From the NCBI GenBank assembly GCA_964016885.1, contig OZ024740.1, positions 206,522,001-206,586,000 on the forward strand: a stretch of DNA of 64,000 nt, read 5' to 3'. A model generated the notes under the pieces. It worked only from the letters and a program-made list of their open reading frames with translations, ran no database searches and was not told the DNA's origin. Every line of letters begins with the position of its first letter. Positions within the stretch are counted from its first letter, which is position 1. A program made the position numbers and the translations under genes. Source of the stretch: Eledone cirrhosa (taxonomy: Eukaryota). Of this stretch, positions 25,678 to 38,400 are shown piece by piece.

Positions 25678-27035
25678 TTAAAACATCTCTCCACTTTTGA
25701 TAGTGATGTTTCTCCTTTTAAACCTCTCGCCGCTTTTGATAGTGTTGTCTCTACTTTTTAAACCTCTCTCCATCTTTGATAGTGATGTTTCTCCTTTTAA
25801 ACCTCTCTCTGCTTTTGATAGTATTGTCTCTACTTTTTAAACTTCTTTCCATCTTTGATAGGGTTGTCTCTACTTTTTAAACCTCTCTCTACCTTTTAAA
25901 CTTCTCTCCACCTTTGATAGTGATGTCTCTACCTTTTAAACCTCTCTCCATCTTTGATAGGATTGTCTTTACCTTTTAAACCTCTCCCCACCTTTGATAG
26001 TGTTGTCTCTACTTTTTAAACCTCTCTCCATCTTTGATAGTGATGTTTCTCCTTTTAAACCTCTCTCTGCTTTTGATAGTATTGTCTCTACTTTTTAAAC
26101 TTCTTTCCACCTTTGATAGGGTTGTCTCTACTTTTTAAACCTCTCTCTACCTTTTAAACTTCTCTCCACCTTTGATAGTGATGTCTCTACCTTTTAAACC
26201 TCTCTCCATCTTTGATAGGATTGTCTTTACCTTTTAAACCTCTCCCCACCTTTGATAGTGTCTCTACTTTTTAAACCTCTCTCTATCTTTGATAGTGATG
26301 TTTCTCCTTTTAAACCTCTCTGCTTTTTATAGTATTGTCTCTACTTTTTAAACTTCTTTCCATCTTTGATAGGGTTGTCTCTACTTTTTAAACCTCTCTC
26401 TACCTTTTAAACTTCTCTCCATATTTGATAGTATTGTCTCTACCTTTCAAACCTCTCTCCACCTTTGATAGGGTTGTCTCTACTTTTAAACCTCTCTCTA
26501 CTTTTGATAGTGTTGTCTCTACCTTTTAAACTTCTCTCCTTTTAAACCTCTTTTCACCTTTGATAGGGTTGTCTCTCTTTTTAAACCTCTCTCCATCTTT
26601 AATAAGGTTATGTCTACCTTTTAAACCTCTCTCTACTTTAGATAGGGTTGTCTCTTCTTTTGAAACCTCTCTCCACTTTTGATAGTGTCGTCTCTACCTT
26701 TTAAACCTCTCTCCACCGTTGATAATGTTGTCACTACCTTTTAAACCTCTCTTCTCTACTTTTGATAGGGATGTCTCACCTTTTAAACCTCTCTCCACCT
26801 TTGACAGTGTTGTCACTACCTTTTAAACTTTTCTCCACTTTTGATAGGGTTGTCTCACCTTTTAAACCTCTCTCCATCTTTGATAGTGTTGTCTCTCCTT
26901 TTTAAACCTTTCTCCACCCTTGATAGGGTTGTCTCTCCTTTTTAAACCTTTCTCCACCCTTGATAGGGTTGTCTCTCCTTTTTAAACCTCTTTCCATCTC
27001 TGATAGTGATGTCTCTACCTTTTAAACCTCTCATC
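25678..27035. repeat. ~39-bp pyrimidine-rich minisatellite, ~35 copies
   Basis: Unit cttttaaacctctctccacctttgatagtgttgtctcta; ends ~70 bp before the first visible RagC/D coding exon. Confidence 0.95.
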
Positions 27036-27105
27036 CACTAATTTTTTATCCTGTTTCTAAACTTTCTTTATCTTCCATTGACAAAGTGTTTCTCTCTCCT
27101 TGCAG

Positions 27106-27245
27106 TCCTATGAAGATGATGCTGGTGGCGATTTTATGGTCGGATCATTCCAAGATTTTGGATATGGTACAGTTGACCCGGAGACGGAGGCTACAACTTC
27201 AAGTTCGGATGAGAAACCACGGATTCTGTTGATGGGTCTTCGAAG
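27106..27245 (+). CDS. RRAGC: Rag GTPase RagC/D, first visible coding exon (start ATG probably on an upstream exon)
   Basis: ttgcag| SYEDDAGGDFMVGSFQDFGYG...EKPRILLMGLR |gtcagt; resembles RagC DFGYG and KPRILLMGLRR. Confidence 0.9.
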
Positions 27246-27446
27246 GTCAGTGTTGTTCTTGAAATGGTGTGATGAATAGATGTGTGTGTATTTCTTTTTT
27301 TTTTTAATTAGTTATTTTAATAAAAAATTGTTTTAAACAACTTTGATCCTATGTAGCACTTTGCTCAAGAGTAGTCTCAGGTTGACCAATTGATCTATGT
27401 AGCGCCTTGGTCAAGAGATACTCTAATACATGTATGTGTGTGTTAG

Positions 27447-27478
<32 letters not shown>

Positions 27479-27484
27479 CACACA

Positions 27485-27556
<72 letters not shown>

Positions 27557-27685
27557 ATGTGTGTATGTGTTTACTATCTTATATATGTATATATATATAT
27601 ATATATATATGTGTATGTCTGTATTGGCTTCTTTTATATGTTTTTGTGTGTCTCCATCTTTACTTAACTCCATATTTCTTTTCAG

Positions 27686-27780
27686 AAGTGGCAAGTCCTC
27701 CATACAAAAAGTTGTGTTTCATAAAGTATCCCCGAATGAGACCCTGTTCCTCGAAAGCACTAACAAAATAGTAAAAGATG
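27686..27780 (+). CDS. RRAGC: RagC/D exon (P-loop, switch I)
   Basis: ttcag| [32 protein letters not shown] |gtaggt. Confidence 0.97.
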
Positions 27781-28054
27781 GTAGGTTTGATGATTTTATT
27801 ACTTTCAGTGAAGCCAGTGAAATGGTTTTAATGTCATCTTGTCATTAAATATTTCTTTCTCAATGTCAACATCATCATCATCATTGTTTAACGTCCATTT
27901 TCCATGGGTAGGACGAGCAGTCCCTTTGTGAGAGGTCAGGCCAGAGGTCTTTGATTCACATATATTGCTCTCTCAATGCCGACATATATTTATTTTTGGA
28001 ACTGTCTATTGTTTCTGTTTATGGTATTATATTGTATATCGACTGTGGTGTTTA

Positions 28055-28245
28055 ATTTTGTCCCCTACACCCTTCCTTTTCTACATCAATGTCCCCTACC
28101 CTGTCTTCTCTACATCAATGAACCCTACACTGTCTTTTCTACATCAATGTCCCCTACACTCTGTCACATCTCTACATCAATGTCCCCTACACTCTGTCAC
28201 ATCTCTACATCAATGTCCCCTACACTCTGTCACTTCTATACATCC
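28055..28245. repeat. ~30-33-bp intronic minisatellite
   Basis: tctacatcaatgtcccctacactctgtcacatc, ~5-6 copies. Confidence 0.85.
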
Positions 28246-28692
28246 TATATAGCTATTTGCCAATATTTCCAGCAATGCTCATTCCTATGTAGATCATACC
28301 ATCTTTCCTTTTTAACCTTCATACCATACCATTACATTATCTACACCCAGTCAAGACGTAATGTCTAAAATATATCAGTGTAACCCAGCAATCTATGTAT
28401 TCCAATAATTTAACTCCTCATATTATATTATATTGTGTCAAATTATATCATTATAACTTGACAATGTGTAACTTGTGGTTATATAAACCAATAATTGTAT
28501 GTTGAATTGATGATGTTGATGATGATTGTCACTGTTGTAACTATGTTGTAATCTATATTATATTGTATCAAATTATATCAGTATAATTAAAACAATGTTA
28601 TAAACCAATAATTGTATGTTAAATTGATGATGTTGATGATGATTATCACTGTTGTAACTATTTCCCAATCTATATCTTTCTTTCTACCACAG

Positions 28693-28826
28693 ATATTTCC
28701 AACAGTTCATTTGTCCAGTTTCAAGTATGGGATTTGCCCGGTCACATAGATTTCTTTGATACCTTATTTGATGTTGACAAAATATTTCGTGGTTGTGGTG
28801 CCTTGATTTTTGTCATAGATGCGCAA
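28693..28826 (+). CDS. RRAGC: RagC/D exon (G3/switch II)
   Basis: cacag| [45 protein letters not shown] |gtgagt. Confidence 0.97.
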
Positions 28827-28992
28827 GTGAGTATTTTACTTTCGGTAACATAGTTTTATAACAGCTGTTACAGTGAAAAGGTGATACCCATGGCCCTTTT
28901 TCAGTCAACTCTTTGATTTAATGTTATATTCTTCCTCATACTGTTTGAGTTGCTTTGTCCCTTTTCACTTAATATTTCCATTTCTTTCCTAG

Positions 28993-29192
28993 GATGAATA
29001 TGTGGAGGCGCTAGACAAACTAAATATGACAGTGACGCGGGCACATAAAATTAACCCTGAAATCAAGTTTGAGGTATTCATTCATAAAGTGGATAGCTTG
29101 TCTGATGATCAAAAGATAGAATCTCAGCGAGATATTCACCAGAGGGCTAATGATGATCTTGTTGATGCTGGATTTGAAGGGATCTACTTGAG
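28993..29192 (+). CDS. RRAGC: RagC/D exon (G4, HKVD)
   Basis: cctag| [14 protein letters not shown]...[31 protein letters not shown]...IYL ag|gtaaga. Confidence 0.97.
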
Positions 29193-29477
29193 GTAAGAGC
29201 AACACTGTGACAAATGTAAAATTAGACATTTGATGTCAGACGGTCTTACACAGATACAGTTTATAATATACACAAACATAGTTTATTTATACACAGATAC
29301 AGTTTATATGTATATTCCCTGTTAATACATTTATTACCTTATTTTTAATGAAAGACACTGCCTATAATTTACAAATAATTTTGAAAATAATCAAGAATTT
29401 GGAGGGATTTAGTAATACAAGTAATTTTCTCATTATTAAGCTGATGTTCAGAACATAAGTCTACAAAAGTTTTTACA

Positions 29478-32400
29478 TAGTTTCTATCTGACCAGTATCT
29501 ATGACCACTCTATACAGTTTCTATCTGACCAGTATCTATGACTACTCTATACAGTTTCTAACTGACCAGTATCTATGACCACTCTATACAGTTTCTACCT
29601 GACCAGTATCTATGACCACTCTATACAGTTTCTACCTGACCAGCATCTATGACCACTCTATATAGTTTCTAACTGACCAGTATCTATGACTACTCTATAC
29701 AGTTTCTACCTGACCAGCATCTATGACTACTCTATACAGTTTCTAACTGACCAGCTTCTACGATCACTCTATACAGTTTCTACCTGACCAGTATCTATGA
29801 CCACTCTATACAGTTTCTAACTGACCAGCTTCTATGACTACTCTATACAGTTTCTACCTGACCAGCTTCTATGACCACTCTATACAGTTTCTAACTGACC
29901 AGCTTCTATGACTACTCTATACAGTTTCTATCTGACCAGCTTCTATGACCATTCTATACAGTTTCTACCTGACCAGCATCTATGACCACTCTATACAGTT
30001 TCTACCTGACCAGCTTCTATGACCACTCTATACAGTTTCTACCTGACCAGCTTCTATGACCACTCTATACAGTTTCTACCTGACCAGCATCTATGACCAC
30101 TCTATACAGTTTCTACCTGACCAGCTTCTATGACCACTCTATATAGTTTCTACCTGACCAGTATCTATGACCACTCTATACAGTTTCTATCTGACCAGTA
30201 TCTATGACCACTCTATACAGTTTCTATCTGACCAGTATCTATGACCACTCTATACAGTTTCTATCTGACCAGTATCTATGACCACTCTATACAGTTTCTA
30301 CCTGACCAGTATCTATGACCACTCTATATAGTTTCTACCTGACCAGTATCTATGACCACTCTATACAGTTTCTACCTGACCAGTATCTATGACCACTCTA
30401 TACAGTTTCTATCTGACCAGTATCTATGACCACTCTATACAGTTTCTATCTGACCAGTATCTATGACCACTCTATACAGTTTATATCTGACCAGTATCTA
30501 TGACCACTCTATACAGTTTCTAACTGACCAGTATCTATGACCACTCTATACAGTTTCTACCTGACCAGTATCTATGACCACTCTATACAGTTTATATCTG
30601 ACCAGTATCTATGACCACTCTATAGTTTCTATCTGACCAGTATCTATGACCACTCTATACAGTTTCTATCTGACCAGTATCTATGACCACTCTATACAGT
30701 TTCTATCTGACCAGTATCTATGACCACTCTATACAGTTTCTATCTGACCAGTATCTATGACCACTCTATACAGTTTCTATCTGACCAGTATTTATGACCA
30801 CTCTATACAGTTTCTACCTGACCAGTATCTATGACCACTCTATACAGTTTCTATCTGACCAGTATCTATGACCACTCTATACAGTTTCTATCTGACCAGT
30901 ATCTATGACCACTCTATACAGTTTCTATCTGACCAGTATCTATGACCACTCTATACAGTTTCTAACTGACCAGTATCTATGACCACTCTATACAGTTTCT
31001 ATCTGACCAGTATCTATGACCACTCTATACTGTTTCTATCTGACCAGTATCTATGACCACTCTATACAGTTTCTATCTGACCAGTATCTATGACCACTCT
31101 ATACAGTTTCTAACTGACCAGTATCTATGACCACTATACAATTTCTACCTGACCAGTATCTATGACCACTCTATAGAGTTTCTACCTGACCAGTATCTAT
31201 GACCACTCTATACAGTTTATATCTGACCAGTATCTATGACCACTCTATACAGTTTATATCTGACCAGTATCTATGACCACTCTATACAGTTTATATCTGA
31301 CCAGTATCTATGACCACTCTATACAGTTTCTACCTGACCAGTATCTATGACCACTCTATACAGTTTATATCTGACCAGTATCTATGACCACTCTATACAG
31401 TTTATATCTGACCAGTATCTATGACCACTCTATAGTTTCTATCTGACCAGTATCTATGACCACTCTATACAGTTTCTACCTGACCAGTATCTATGACCAC
31501 TCTATACAGTTTCTATCTGACCAGTATCTATGACCACTCTATACAGTTTATATCTGACCAGTATCTATGACCACTCTATACAGTTTCTATCTGACCAGTA
31601 TCTATGACCACTCTATACAGTTTATATCTGACCAGTATCTATGACCACTCTATACAGTTTATATCTGACCAGTATCTATGACCACTCTATAGAGTTTCTA
31701 TCTGACCAGTATCTATGACCACTCTATACAGTTTCTAACTGACCAGTATCTATGACCACTCTATACAGTTTATATCTGACCAGTATCTATGACCACTCTA
31801 TACAGTTTATATCTGACCAGTATCTATGACCACTCTATACAGTTTCTACCTGACCAGTATCTATGACCACTCTATACAGTTTCTATCTGACCAGTATCTA
31901 TGACCACTCTATACAGTTTATATCTGACCAGTATCTATGACCACTCTATACAGTTTCTACCTGACCAGTATCTATGACCACTCTATACAGTTTATATCTG
32001 ACCAGTATCTATGACCACTCTATACAGTTTATATCTGACCAGTATCTATGACCACTCTATAGAGTTTCTACCTGACCAGTATCTATGACCACTCTATACA
32101 GTTTCTAACTGACCAGTATCTATGACCACTCTATACAGTTTATATCTGACCAGTATCTATGACCACTCTATAGAGTTTCTAACTGACCAGTATCTACGAC
32201 CATCTATACAGTTTCTACTTGACCAGTATCTATGACCACTCTATACAGTTTATATCTGACCAGTATCTATGACCACTCTATACAGTTTCTATCTGACAAG
32301 TATCTATGACCACTCTATACAGTTTATATCTGACCAGTATCTATGACCACTCTATACAGTTTCTAACTGACCAGCATCTATGACCACTCTATACATTTTC

Positions 32401-35400
32401 TACCTGACCAGCATCTATGACCACTCTATACAGTTTCTAACTGACCAGTATCTATGACCATTCTATACAGTTTCTAACTGACCAGTATCTACGACCACTC
32501 TATACAGTTTCTACCTGACCAGTATCTACGACCACTCTATACAGTTTCTACCTGACCAGTATCTATGACCACTCTATAGAGTTTCTATCTGACCAGTATC
32601 TATGACCACTCTATACAGTTTCTACCTGACCAGTATCTATGACCACTCTATACAGTTTCTAACTGACCAGTATCTATGACCACTCTATACAGTTTCTAAC
32701 TGACCAGTATCTATGACCACTCTATACAGTTTCTACCTGACCAGTATCTATGACCACTCTATACAGTTTCTAACTGACCAGTATCTATGACCACTCTATA
32801 GAGTTTCTACCTGACCAGTATCTATGACCACTCTATACAGTTTATATCTGACCAGTATCTATGACCACTCTATACAGTTTATATCTGACCAGTATCTATG
32901 ACCACTCTATACAGTTTATATCTGACCAGTATCTATGACCACTCTATACAGTTTCTACCTGACCAGTATCTATGACCACTCTATACAGTTTCTATCTGAC
33001 CAGTATCTATGACCACTCTATACAGTTTCTATCTGACCAGTATCTATGACCACTCTATACAGTTTCTATCTGACCAGTATCTATGACCACTCTATACAGT
33101 TTCTACCTGACCAGTATCTATGACCACTCTATACAGTTTATATCTGACCAGTATCTATGACCACTCTATACAGTTTATATCTGACCAGTATCTATGACCA
33201 CTCTATACAGTTTCTACCTGACCAGTATCTATGACCACTCTATACAGTTTCTATCTGACCAGTATCTATGACCACTCTATACAGTTTCTACCTGACCAGT
33301 ATCTATGACCACTCTATACAGTTTCTATACGACCAGTATCTATGACCACTCTATACAGTTTATATCTGACCAGTATCTATGACCACTCTATACAGTTTCT
33401 ATCTGACCAGTATCTATGACCACTCTATACAGTTTATATCTGACCAGTATCTATGACCACTCTATACAGTTTATGTCTGACCAGTATCTATGACCACTCT
33501 ATAGAGTTTCTATCTGACCAGTATCTATGACCACTCTATAGAGTTTCTACCTGACCAGTATCTATGACCACTCTATACAGTTTCTAACTGACCAGTATCT
33601 ATGACCACTCTATACAGTTTATATCTGACCAGTATCTATGACCACTCTATAGTTTCTAACTGACCAGTATCTACGACCATCTATACAGTTTCTACCTGAC
33701 CAGTATCTATGACCACTCTATACAGTTTATATCTGACCAGTATCTATGACCACTCTATACAGTTTCTATCTGACCAGTATCTATGACCACTCTATACAGT
33801 TTCTATCTGACCAGTATCTATGACCACTCTATACAGTTTCTAACTGACCAGCATCTATGACCACTCTATACAGTTTCTACCTGACCAGCATCTATGACCA
33901 CTCTATACAGTTTCTAACTGACCAGTATCTATGACCATTCTATACAGTTTCTAACTGACCAGTATCTACGACCACTCTATACAGTTTCTACCTGACCAGT
34001 ATCTACGACCACTCTATACAGTTTCTACCTGACCAGTATCTATGACCACTCTATAGAGTTTCTATCTGACCAGTATCTATGACCACTCTAGAGTTTCTAC
34101 CTGACCAGTATCTATGACCACTCTATACAGTTTCTAACTGACCAGTATCTATGACCACTCTATACAGTTTCTAATTGACCAGTATCTATGACCACTCTAT
34201 ACAGTTTCTACCTGACCAGTATCTATGACCACTCTATACAGTTTCTACCTGACCAGTATCTATGACCACTCTATACAGTTTCTAACTGACCAGTATCTAT
34301 GACCACTCTATACAGTTTTTACCTGACCAGTATCTATGACCACTCTATACAGTTTCTATCTGACCAGTATCTATGACTACTCTATACAGTTTCTACCTGA
34401 CCAGCATCTATGACCACTCTATACAGTTTCTACCTGACCAGTATCTATGACCACTCTATACAGTTTATATCTGACCAGTATCTATGACCACTCTATACAG
34501 TTTATATCTGACCAGTATCTATGACCACTCTATACAGTTTCTACCTGACCAGTATCTATGACCACTCTATACAGTTTATATCTGACCAGTATCTATGACC
34601 ACTCTATACAGTTTCTACCTGACCAGTATCTCTGACCACTCTATACAGTTTCTAACTGACCAGTATCTATGACCACTCTATACAGTTTCTACCTGACCAG
34701 TATCTATGACCACTCTATACAGTTTCTATCTGACCAGTATCTATGACCACTCTATACAGTTTCTATCTGACCAGTATCTATGACCACTCTATACAGTTTC
34801 TATCTGACCAGTATCTATGACCACTCTATACAGTTTCTACCTGGCCAGTATCTATGACCACTCTATACAGTTTCTACCTGACCAGTATCTATGACCACTC
34901 TATACAGTTTCTACCTGACCAGTATCTATGACCACTCTATACAGTTTCTATCTGACCAGTATCTATGACCACTCTATACAGTTTCTATCTGACCAGTATC
35001 TATGACCACTCTATACAGTTTCTATCTGACCAGTATCTATGACCACTCTACAGTTTCTATCTGACCAGTATCTATGACCACTCTATACAGTTTGTAACTG
35101 ACCAGTATCTATGACCACTCTATACAGTTTCTACCTGACCAGTATCTATGACCACTCTATACAGTTTATATCTGACCAGTATCTATGACCACTCTATACA
35201 GTTTCTATCTGACCAGTATCTATGACCACTCTATACAGTTTCTAACTGACCAGTATCTATGACCACTCTATACAGTTTCTATCTGACCAGTATCTATGAC
35301 CACTCTATACAGTTTCTATCTGACCAGTATCTATGACCACTCTATACAGTTTCTACCTGACCAGTATCTATGACCACTCTATACAGTTTCTATCTGACCA

Positions 35401-38400
35401 GTATCTATGACCACTCTATACAGTTTCTATCTGACCAGTATCTATGACCACTCTATACAGTTTCTATCTGACCAGTATCTATGACCACTCTATACAGTTT
35501 CTACCTGACCAGTATCTATGACCACTCTATACAGTTTATATCTGACCAGTATCTATGACCACTCTATACAGTTTATATCTGACCAGTATCTATGACCACT
35601 CTATACAGTTTCTACCTGACCAGTATCTATGACCACTCTATACAGTTTCTATCTGACCAGTATCTATGACCACTCTATACAGTTTCTACCTGACCAGTAT
35701 CTATGACCACTCTATACAGTTTCTATACGACCAGTATCTATGACCACTCTATACAGTTTCTATCTGACCAGTATCTATGACCACTCTATACAGTTTCTAT
35801 CTGACCAGTATCTATGACCACTCTATACAGTTTATATCTGACCAGTATCTATGACCACTCTATACAGTTTATATCTGACCAGTATCTATGACCACTCTAT
35901 AGAGTTTCTATCTGACCAGTATCTATGACCACTCTATAGAGTTTCTACCTGACCAGTATCTATGACCACTCTATACAGTTTCTAACTGACCAGTATCTAT
36001 GACCACTCTATACAGTTTATATCTGACCAGTATCTATGACCACTCTATAGTTTCTAACTGACCAGTATCTACGACCATCTATACAGTTTCTACCTGACCA
36101 GTATCTATGACCACTCTATACAGTTTATATCTGACCAGTATCTATGACCACTATACAGTTTCTATCTGACCAGTATCTATGACCACTCTATACAGTTTCT
36201 AACTGACCAGCATCTATGACCACTCTATACAGTTTCTACCTGACCAGCATCTATGACCACTCTATACAGTTTCTAACTGACTAGTATCTATGACCATTCT
36301 ATACAGTTTCTAACTGACCAGTATCTACGACCACTCTATACAGTTTCTACCTGACCAGTATCTACGACCACTCTATACAGTTTCTACCTGACCAGTATCT
36401 ATGACCACTCTATAGAGTTTCTATCTGACCAGTATCTATGACCACTCTAGAGTTTCTACCTGACCAGTATCTATGACCACTCTATACAGTTTCTAACTGA
36501 CCAGTATCTATGACCACTCTATACAGTTTCTAATTGACCAGTATCTATGACCACTCTATAAAGTTTCTACCTGACCAGTATCTATGACCACTCTATACAG
36601 TTTCTACCTGACCAGTATCTATGACCACTCTATACAGTTTCTAACTGACCAGTATCTATGACCACTCTATACAGTTTCTACCTGACCAGTATCTATGACC
36701 ACTCTATATAGTTTCTATCTGACCAGTATCTATGACTACTCTATACAGTTTCTACCTGACCAGCATCTATGACCACTCTATACAGTTTCTACCTGACCAG
36801 TATCTATGACCACTCTATACAGTTTATATCTGACCAGTATCTATGACCACTCTATACAGTTTATATCTGACCAGTATCTATGACCACTCTATACAGTTTC
36901 TACCTGACCAGTATCTATGACCACTCTATACAGTTTATATCTGACCAGTATCTATGACCACTCTATACAGTTTCTACCTGACCAGTATCTCTGACCACTC
37001 TATACAGTTTCTAACTGACCAGTATCTATGACCACTCTATACAGTTTCTACCTGACCAGTATCTATGACCACTCTATACAGTTTCTATCTGACCAGTATC
37101 TATGACCACTCTATACAGTTTCTATCTGACCAGTATCTATGACCACTCTATACAGTTTCTATCTGACCAGTATCTATGACCACTCTATACAGTTTCTACC
37201 TGGCCAGTATCTATGACCACTCTATACAGTTTCTACCTGACCAGTATCTATGACCACTCTATACAGTTTCTACCTGACCAGTATCTATGACCACTCTATA
37301 CAGTTTCTATCTGACCAGTATCTATGACCACTCTATACAGTTTCTATCTGACCAGTATCTATGACCACTCTATACAGTTTCTATCTGACCAGTATCTATG
37401 ACCACTCTACAGTTTCTATCTGACCAGTATCTATGACCACTCTATACAGTTTGTAACTGACCAGTATCTATGACCACTCTATACAGTTTCTACCTGACCA
37501 GTATCTATGACCACTCTATACAGTTTATATCTGACCAGTATCTATGACCACTCTATACAGTTTCTATCTGACCAGTATCTATGACCACTCTATACAGTTT
37601 CTAACTGACCAGTATCTATGACCACTCTATACAGTTTCTATCTGACCAGTATCTATGACCACTCTATACAGTTTCTATCTGACCAGTATCTATGACCATT
37701 CTATACAGTTTCTAACTGACCAGTATCTATGACCACTCTATACAGTTTCTACCTGACCAGTATCTATGACCACTCTATACAGTTTCTATCTGACCAGTAT
37801 CTATGACCACTCTATACAGTTTCTATCTGACCAGTATCTATGACCACTCTATACAGTTTCTACCTGACCAGTATCTATGACCACTCTATACAGTTTCTAC
37901 CTGACCAGTATCTATGACCACTCTATACAGTTTCTAACTGACCAGTATCTATGACCACTCTATACAGTTTCTACCTGACCAGTATCTATGACCACTCTAT
38001 ACAGTTTCTATCTGACCAGTATCTATGACCACTCTATACAGTTTGTAACTGACCAGTATCTATGACGACTCTATACAGTTTCTACCTGACCAGTATCTAT
38101 GACCACTCTATACAGTTTATATCTGACCAGTATCTATGACCACTCTATACAGTTTCTATCTGACCAGTATCTATGACCACTCTATACAGTTTCTAACTGA
38201 CCAGTATCTATGACCACTCTATACAGTTTCTATCTGACCAGTATCTATGACCACTCTATACAGTTTCTATCTGACCAGTATCTATGACCATTCTATACAG
38301 TTTCTAACTGACCAGTATCTATGACCACTCTATACAGTTTCTACCTGACCAGTATCTATGACCACTCTATACAGTTTCTATCTGACCAGTATCTATGACC

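Noticed and set aside
28743-28745. A-to-I editing restoring the switch-II Gln
   Set aside because: Editing CAC gives CGC (Arg), not CAA or CAG.
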